Positions 27,275-33,911 of a DNA stretch of 64,000 nt are shown piece after piece. The stretch comes from Actinomycetota bacterium (GTDB lineage Bacteria; Actinomycetota; Actinomycetes; Mycobacteriales; Pseudonocardiaceae): contig JAVXWP010000059.1 of the NCBI GenBank assembly GCA_032230695.1, positions 36,080-100,079 of the forward strand, written 5' to 3'. The first letter of the stretch is position 1; every line of letters starts with the position of its first letter. The translations under genes were made by a program, and so were the position numbers. The notes under the pieces were generated by a model. That model did not search any database and was not told where the DNA came from. It was given only the letters and a program-made list of their open reading frames with translations.

Positions 27275-27562
27275 TCAAGAATTGTCGGAACGAGCGGAGC
27301 CAACCGGAATCTGATCGATGGCGGCCCGCATCAGTCCGACTCCGAGTTCGAAGGCTTCGAACGCCCCCAATGCCACTACGATCGCAACCCATTCCGCCAT
27401 GGTGACGCCGTCTGACAGCGATTGCTCCTGCTCACGTGAGACAGAAGACGCATCAGGCGGCATAATCTTGTCGAAATCCAGCCCGGGACCCGCTCCGCCA
27501 TCGGTCGGTTGACTCGCGCTCCGCTCATCTTGGCGTGCCGCAACGTCACTCATGGTGCCCAA
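27275..27562 (-). CDS. small hypothetical protein directly upstream of the ECF sigma
   Basis: 95-aa ORF with one hydrophobic stretch (WVAIVVALGAF); its stop abuts the sigma ORF. Confidence 0.35.
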   Translation of the reverse strand: MGTMSDVAARQDERSASQPTDGGAGPGLDFDKIMPPDASSVSREQEQSLSDGVTMAEWVAIVVALGAFEAFELGVGLMRAAIDQIPVGSARSDNS

Positions 27563-27748
27563 TCCCCATTCCTAGCGAATATTCCGAAGAATCGTCCACC
27601 GAGGTCCAGGGCAACATAGATACGATACCGTAGATCCAGACAGAACCGTGAATGGCCCGGCGGTTCACTCGAAGAGATGACATGCACTGGCTATGGTTTT
27701 TCCTTTTTCACACCTGACATCTCAGTCTGGTTAAACCTGCGAAATCGC

Positions 27749-28384
27749 CTACGCACCGTGTTCAATGAGCCCGCAACGAACGCCGGTCATGAGCGCCTGC
27801 GCGCGGTTCGAGGCACCGAGTTTCACGTACAAGCGGGCGACGTAGGTCTTTGCGGTGGAATGGCTGAGAAACATCGAACGCGCGATCTCCGGCACGGACA
27901 TCCCGTCACCGAGCCTGCTCAGGACTTCCCGCTCGCGAGGACTCAGACCTGACTGATCACGCTCGTATGCCCGCCGGGACAGTGCAGGCGCGAGCCCTGC
28001 GGCGGAGAAGGAATTCGCGGACACCGCCGCATGCCGGATGGCGGCGAGAACCTCGGCCGTCGAAGCGGTCTTCGCGACGAACGCCGACGCGCCGGTTTCG
28101 AGAGAGCGGAAAAGCACCTCGTCCCCGGTGTTGGACGTGAGCACAACGATGCCGAGGCCGGGGTAGTGGTCACGGAGCGTCCGCGCGAACTGAAGCCCAT
28201 CGCCATCTGGCAACGTGACGTCCACAGTGACGACATCGGGCTGCGCGGCCGCTATGACTCGTGACGCATCGGTCACGGAACCGGTTTCCGCGAGGATTTC
28301 GATGTCGGGCTGCAGGGCGATCAGCCCGGCCAGACCATACCGGGTCAGGGTGTGGCCTCCGACAGCAACAATTCCAATTGCCAT
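27749..28384 (-). CDS. NarL/LuxR-family response regulator with atypical receiver
   Basis: ATG 28384 after GAGG; REC (PDVVTVD, VLTS, FVAK) plus LSPREREVL...STAKTYVARLYVKLG HTH; the acidic pocket reads VGGH instead of VDDH. Confidence 0.88.
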   Translation of the reverse strand: MAIGIVAVGGHTLTRYGLAGLIALQPDIEILAETGSVTDASRVIAAAQPDVVTVDVTLPDGDGLQFARTLRDHYPGLGIVVLTSNTGDEVLFRSLETGASAFVAKTASTAEVLAAIRHAAVSANSFSAAGLAPALSRRAYERDQSGLSPREREVLSRLGDGMSVPEIARSMFLSHSTAKTYVARLYVKLGASNRAQALMTGVRCGLIEHGA

Positions 28385-28632
28385 TTCGACAGCACCTCTA
28401 TTCTCCTGACACGGATCCGACGACGTCCGCCTCGCATTACCGCGATATTCACCCACTAGTAGAGGGAAACGGCGTATTTGGTTCGCGTCGGCTAGGTTCA
28501 AGGCTGGCGCTGTGGATAAAGCCCTGCACAGCACGTTAGCACCTGTGAGCCCGGTGCTGGCGTCCTGCAACCAATCGCGACCCGTTGTCGCCCACAGCCA
28601 ACATCGCTCCAACGCAGGAAAGTGGGAGCCCG

Positions 28633-29147
28633 ATGGTGATCTTGTTTTTTCTCACGGCGATTCTGAGCCTGACCGTTGGATCCTCTCTCAACGTCGTCAC
28701 CCACCGTGTTCTCCACAGGGCATCCGTGCTCGCCCCCCGCTCCGCATTGTCCGGCCTGTGGGCGGCACGCCGATCAGTTACCCGTACCCACTCATTGAAC
28801 TGACTGCCGGTGGGAGCTTGGCTCGCGCCGGGGGCGGGGCGGGCGCGTTGTTCGGGTTCTACCTGTTGCTGAGCTCCCCGCATCCGGCGGGCATGGGATT
28901 GGGGAGAGTCAGGCTTGCCGGCATCGTCGGCGCCTTGCTGGCATATCTATCCTTGCCTGCCCTGGTCATCGGCGCTTTCGGCGGCTTCCTGCTCGGGGCG
29001 GTCGCGGGTGTCATCACCATTGCCGGCGGCCGTGGATCACGCAAGACCGCACTACCGTTCGGCCCGTTCACGGTGAGGACGGCACCTCTGGCGGTCTTCG
29101 CCGCACGACCGATCACACACGCCTATCTCGACCTGCTCGCAACCTGA
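28633..29147 (+). pseudogene. pilD: prepilin peptidase (A24) pseudogene
   Basis: GSSLNVVTHRV..PRSA; a +1 shift at 28747 restores CPACG; another frame gives YPLIELTA and the C-terminal GMGLGRVRLAG...LPFGPF (catalytic Asp lost); central TMs deleted. Confidence 0.82.
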
Positions 29148-29281
29148 CCGGACCACCGAGCTACCGCTGGGTACTCCAGCTCAGCACGGTTACCGTCCGT
29201 GGCGCGCTACCGGAAACCCGGACTCTTTACCCGCAGTCGCAGTTTTCCCGAAGCCTGGACAAACGTAGACCTTCAAATACA

Positions 29282-29510
29282 TCAGATTCGGACCGAATAC
29301 CAAGCGTTGATCGAGACTTGAGCGGCCGCGTCGGCGTTGTAGGCGTTCGCGCCTTGCTCACGCAACGCGACCGTGGACCGGCGGCTCACGAAGGCGAACG
29401 ACAGGGGAGGCGACCGCCCCTGTCCCCACCACCGAGATTATGACAAGAGCGAGGATCAACACGGCGCCGTCGTCGTGACGAAAGCCACGACTGCGCGTTC
29501 TGCCGGTCAT
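29282..29510 (-). pseudogene. PilX-like minor pilin pseudogene
   Basis: GGAGG plus ATG 29510: MTGRTRSRGFRHDDGAVLILALVIISVVG; removing one base in the C4 run (29404-29407) restores LSFAFVSRRSTVALREQGANAYNADAAAQVSINA; truncated. Confidence 0.7.
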
Positions 29511-29512
29511 GT

Positions 29513-30055
29513 CTACCTCCGTCGACCGTCGAGATTGAGGACGTATGCGACCTGGCGTTCTTCGGGTCCTTGATCGAGAGCGACATCGTGACCCTGTTCG
29601 GTGCGGCCGCGACTGTGCAGGTCGACGAGCAGGTGAGGACGGGTGCGATGCCGGATTCTGGCTGTAGGCGCCACCCAGGTCCGAGACCGAAGTGACCGAA
29701 CCGGCACAGGCGAGCCGGTGCCGTTTCTGGCGTAGGCCAGCTCACGCTCGTGAGGATGCCCAGCTCGGCTGGTTTCTGGCCAGTTCGGCATCGACGATCA
29801 ACTCACCGATGTGCCTGCCGCTGCGGACGATCTCCGGCGCTTCCGCGGCGTCAGGACGATCCGCCACCGGTGCAACTCGCGCGTCCGATTGTCCGCGGCG
29901 GTGGCGCATCATGGCATCACACCCGCACGCGCCCTCGGACCATGCTCGATGTCCTTCGGAAAGAGGCAGCGGTGAGCAGCAGGTCCGTACCGCCAGCGCC
30001 CCACAGTACGGTCAAGGAGCGAATCCACCCGTGCGCCGATCGGGGGTGAGTACAT
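29513..30055 (-). pseudogene. heavily decayed prepilin-like (PilW/PulJ-type) gene
   Basis: Fragments across frames: DRRTGGF, LLLTAASFRRTSSMVRGRV..HDA, CSSTCTVAAAPNRVTMSLSIKDPKN and YVLNLDGRRR*; the stop sits next to the pilX-like RBS. Confidence 0.45.
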
Positions 30056-30103
30056 GCCTGCCTACGGGTTTGCGAGTGTGGCGACTCACTCGGCAGCAGG
30101 AAA

Positions 30104-30145
30104 CCGAGATGTCCCAGTGCGACGCGGTGCACTGGAACATCTCGG
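30104..30145 (-). terminator. 17-bp stem-loop immediately downstream of pilA
   Basis: CCGAGATGTCCCAGTGC (30104-30120)/GCACTGGAACATCTCGG (30129-30145), followed by TTT on the minus strand. Confidence 0.7.
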
Positions 30146-30150
30146 CGGGA

Positions 30151-30499
30151 TCAGGGACAGCCGCCCGCGCCGACGAGGGTGTAGCTCGTCGGCGGTGTGC
30201 CGGTCCCCACGGTGTAGGCGACCGTGGTCGGTAAGGAGTTCAGGAACTTGTTGGGGTCCGCCGTCAAGATGGTAAGCGTGGCGGGATAACCGGCATTCTT
30301 AGCGGTGTAGGCCTCGACAACGACCTGGGTCGTGGTCTTGTCGGCTTGGCATGCCGCTAACTTTTCCGCGATCGCTGAGCCCGTTGACCGCGAAGACGAG
30401 GACCGCGGCGAGTGCGCCCAGGATGACAACGACGATCAAGCGTTCGATAAGTGTGAAACCGGCATCGTCCTCCCGAGGTCCACGGCGCTTTCGAAGCAT
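30151..30499 (-). pseudogene. pilA: type IV major pilin, frameshifted
   Basis: GAGG plus ATG 30499: MLRKRRGPREDDAG|FTLIERLIVVVILGALAAVLVFAV; one extra A in an A4 run (30362-30365); the corrected frame continues LAACQADKTTTQVVVEAY...GAGGCP* (115 aa). Confidence 0.85.
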
Positions 30500-30511
30500 G
30501 ACTTTTCCTCT

Positions 30512-30543
30512 GATACGGCAGCCGACCAGATTGCCGTATCGGC
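30512..30543 (-). promoter_or_regulatory. 9-bp inverted repeat plus sigma-28-like -10 box upstream of pilA
   Basis: GATACGGCA (30512-30520)/TGCCGTATC (30532-30540); the minus strand reads GCCGATAC (30543-30536) versus the FliA consensus GCCGATAA; -35 is poor. Confidence 0.4.
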
Positions 30544-31072
30544 CGTCCGATTTCCGACAAATTGGCCGGCAACGTTCAACGAAAAAATCAACCGGATGCC
30601 CCTCACCGCGCGGGGCTTCCGATTGCTTCGTGTAACCCGGATTTCCATCTGGAAGCGTGACCGAACGCGAACAGCAACCACAGCAGGTGAATGGCCGACA
30701 CTGCGCCCCGTCGGGCGGACGGTTGTCGGCCAGACGGTCAGCCATTCGTATGACGTGTCGTCCGTTCGGCCGACAATGCATGGGTGATGTGGGCCTCCCC
30801 CCGCGAAATCGCGAGTGTTCTATGATCGACTGGGTTCGTGTTCGAGGTTGGCTTGCCAACGGCCCCGCAAGAAACACAAACCGGCAGATCACGGCCCAGA
30901 AACCCGCCGAGTGGTCGGCAATCGAGTGCAGGACCGGCATGCCGCACCTGCCCTGCACCTCAATTGAAACCGACATGCTCCTTTCAAGGATACGCATTCC
31001 TTCGCCAGCCGCGACCCGCGGATCGGTGAACGGAAGGAAATGCGGACACCTCGATGGTCAGGGAAGGAAATC

Positions 31073-31948
31073 GTGATAGCACAAGGAAACGATACGGATG
31101 CCTTGGTGCGCACCCACGTCCCGCTCGTGGCACACTACGTTTCGCAGTTGCTCTGCAAACTTCCCCCGCACATCGAGCGCGCCGATCTGACTTCGGCGGG
31201 CTTGACCGCCCTGGTGCTACTGGCGCGCACCTACAATCCTGCACAGGGCACCCCGTTCGCCCAGTTCGCCAGCGCCCGCATCCGTGGTGCGCTGATCGAC
31301 GAACTGCGCGGACTGGACTGGGTGAGCCGTTCGACCCGTGCCCGCACCCGGCAGGTGAAAGCCTGCCGGTCGGAGCTCGCTGTCAGCTTGTCGCGGACTC
31401 CGACCTCGGCTGAAATCGCGGCCTCACTGGGCTTCAGGGTCCGAGACGTCGAGACCGCGGAAAAGGACGAACGGCAGTCGGCCTTGCTGAGCCTGCACGA
31501 TCTGACACCCGAGTTCGTGGACAACCTGATCCGCGACCACACCCCGAGCCCTGAGGACCTCGTTCTGCGGCGCGAGCGGGTCGGCTACCTGTGCGCCGCC
31601 ATCGAGGCACTTCCCCGGCGGCTGCGAACGGTGGTCGTCGAATGCTTCATCCACGAACGGTCCCTGTCGGAGATCGCGAAGGAGTTGGCCGTGACCCATT
31701 CCCGTGTGTCGCAGATGCGGACGGAGGCGCTGACGCTGCTCCGTGATGGCATCAACGCCCAGCTGGATCCCGATCTGGTCGCCGCACGCCGTACGCCGTC
31801 GTGGCGTGCCGTCCCGACGAGGCGCGCCGCGTACTACGCGGAGATCGCCGCCAGCGGCGACCTCCGCAGCCGGCTCACGCCCGTCGATCTCGAAGAACTC
31901 CTCCCTTCCTCACCCATCGCGCTGGCCGAGCAGCGGGTCCACAGGTGA
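31073..31948 (+). CDS. fliA: FliA/WhiG-family (sigma-28) RNA polymerase sigma factor
   Basis: GTG 31073 after GGAAGGA; DLTSAG, FAQFASARIRGALIDELRGLDWVSRS, LSEIAKELAVTHSRVSQMR; C-terminal RRAAYYAEIAA tail. Confidence 0.9.
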   Translation: MIAQGNDTDALVRTHVPLVAHYVSQLLCKLPPHIERADLTSAGLTALVLLARTYNPAQGTPFAQFASARIRGALIDELRGLDWVSRSTRARTRQVKACRSELAVSLSRTPTSAEIAASLGFRVRDVETAEKDERQSALLSLHDLTPEFVDNLIRDHTPSPEDLVLRRERVGYLCAAIEALPRRLRTVVVECFIHERSLSEIAKELAVTHSRVSQMRTEALTLLRDGINAQLDPDLVAARRTPSWRAVPTRRAAYYAEIAASGDLRSRLTPVDLEELLPSSPIALAEQRVHR

Positions 31949-31950
31949 TG

Positions 31951-33141
31951 TCACCGGCCCGGAGCGACCACGACGACGGAGTTGTGGCCGCCCATTCCCA
32001 GCGAGGACTTGACCGTGATGCCACCGGTGATCGGGGTCGGTCCATTGAGCAGTCGCGCGTGACCGGGCGCGACCGTCGGCGGCACGGGCAGGACACCGCG
32101 TTCGTAGCCGAGGGCGGTGACAGCCAGTTCGACGGCAGACGCGGCGCCCTGGCAGTGACCGGTGAACGGCTTCACGGAATAGATTCCGACCTCTGGCCCG
32201 AAGAGTTCGTCGGCGATCGCCGCTTCGACGGCATCACATTGCCTGGTTCCCGGTCCGTGCGCGTTGAGAAATCTCACCGAGGAGGGTTCGGTCCGCGCGT
32301 TGCCGAGTGCTTCCCGGAAACACCGGGCGACCTGGATCGGATTCGGATCGATCGAGGTGACGTGGTATGCGTCGTGGGACATCGCGCCGCCGAGAACGGT
32401 CGCGTACGAGTCCGAGGCTCGGCTGGAAAGAACGAAACCCACCGACGCCTCTCCCATGATGAATCCTCGGCTACCTTCCTGGAACGGCCGGCACGCGTCC
32501 AGTGGCTCCGCATCGGTGATGGTGACCCCGAGCCTCGCGAAATGGAGCACGTTCTCCGGCGTCGCCGAAAGGTCGCTCGCGACGAACACCACGTCGTCGA
32601 CTACGTCCGCGTCGAGCCATGCCTTGGCGGTGAGCAGACCGGCGTTCCCGGAGGTGCACATCGCCGACACGGTCATCGCTGGGCCGTGGAAACCGTGCTC
32701 TTGCATGAGGGTCGACATCGAAGTCGACGGCATGAGTGCGAGATAATCGCGCATGGACACATTTCCGCGGTGCTCCAGGTAGAAATCACGCCACAGGTCC
32801 ACTTCGCTGAGCACGACCGCGTGCACCAAGCCCACTCTCCGGCCGGCCAGCCAGCCATGGCGACCGGCATCGGCGATCGCCTCCCGCGCGGCCGCCCGCA
32901 TCGCCCTGGCGAACCGGCCAGGCCCATCTGCCCGGTCTCCGCCATCCGGAACACGCGCCAGCCAAGCGGTCTGGTCGAAATCCGGTCCTTGACCGCCTAC
33001 CTCGACCGCAGCCGGCTTTCCCGCGATCAGACCGGCCCAAAAGGCTTCCCTCCCCCATCCGTATGCACTGACAACACCGACACCACAAATCCCGATCGGT
33101 TGCGACGACATACCGCTCGCACTCCGCTCCATACCCATCAT
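31951..33141 (-). CDS. stand-alone beta-ketoacyl synthase (KAS II/FabF-like)
   Basis: Catalytic Cys in SAMCTSG, His in NAHGPGT, K and H in SVKPFTGHCQGAA, C-terminal KSSLGMGGHN; start uncertain (33141 or 33111). Confidence 0.88.
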   Translation of the reverse strand: MMGMERSASGMSSQPIGICGVGVVSAYGWGREAFWAGLIAGKPAAVEVGGQGPDFDQTAWLARVPDGGDRADGPGRFARAMRAAAREAIADAGRHGWLAGRRVGLVHAVVLSEVDLWRDFYLEHRGNVSMRDYLALMPSTSMSTLMQEHGFHGPAMTVSAMCTSGNAGLLTAKAWLDADVVDDVVFVASDLSATPENVLHFARLGVTITDAEPLDACRPFQEGSRGFIMGEASVGFVLSSRASDSYATVLGGAMSHDAYHVTSIDPNPIQVARCFREALGNARTEPSSVRFLNAHGPGTRQCDAVEAAIADELFGPEVGIYSVKPFTGHCQGAASAVELAVTALGYERGVLPVPPTVAPGHARLLNGPTPITGGITVKSSLGMGGHNSVVVVAPGR

Positions 33142-33206
33142 TCGCGTCCGGGCGGTCCGTACCCAGGCCGCCGGTGACCCCTAGGGGCCCTGTCCCCCCA
33201 TCGACG

Positions 33207-33752
33207 TCATCGGCCTCGGCAGGATGCCGATCGCACAGCGATATGGGGTGAACTCGTGTTGCGAAGTAGCCGGCCCTCGGTCAGCCGGACGGCCACCTGC
33301 CAAACGGGCTCGCGTCCGGCGGCCGACTCGAACGCCGCCACGGCCGATGCGGCTGAGTCCCCTTGACCGCCTTGAAGATCGCAAAGGTACGGAGCCTCCC
33401 GCCTGAATTCGCGGAGCCAGTCCCGGACGGTCGTTTCCGGCAATCGCATGCGCAAAGCGATTCGCCGATAACCCAAGCCGCGGACATGTTCGGTGAGAAC
33501 CCGCCAGATGGTGGCTGCTTCATACGCCCGCCGGACCAGCGTCCAGCCCGGCAGCAGAACGTGGGTGACCTGACAATTCGAGCATCGTGTCCGCCGCGGC
33601 TGCACAATTCGATCCGGCCCCCAGAGGACGCGAATCGCACGCGCCCTCGCCACGCCCCACGGCCGCAGTCTCCCCTGACACACAGGGCACCGAAGTCGGC
33701 CGGACGCCAGCGTCAGTTCCAGCGCGCTACCCGATTCCATGGTCAGCCTCAT
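33207..33752 (-). mobile_element. transposon-associated Zn-finger/HTH protein (DUF6431-like), orphan
   Basis: CPVCQGRLRPWGVAR...RRTRCSNCQVTHVLLP...RRAY...GYRRIALRMRLPETTVRDWLR. This pattern normally precedes an actinobacterial DDE integrase/transposase; none is present here. Confidence 0.7.
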
Positions 33753-33911
33753 GTCAACCTCTCATTCATTCGGTCCGCGGGGCATCGTCACCGCACGCCC
33801 GAACCGAAAAGATCGAACTCGTCTCGTCGGCCTGTTTTGCTCAGGTCGAGCGATAATCTGCCGATATACACAACAGGAGCCCAACGACAGCGCAGCGGAA
33901 TCGGGCGACGC

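Noticed and set aside
31801-33177. 458-aa plus-strand ORF
   Set aside because: Antisense shadow of the ketosynthase; Arg/Gly/Pro-rich with no motifs, typical of high-GC DNA.
33363-33911. Upstream extension of the GGDEF-EAL ORF to 1102 aa
   Set aside because: It overlaps the opposite-strand Zn-finger/HTH gene and has no domain character; ATG 33912 is more plausible.
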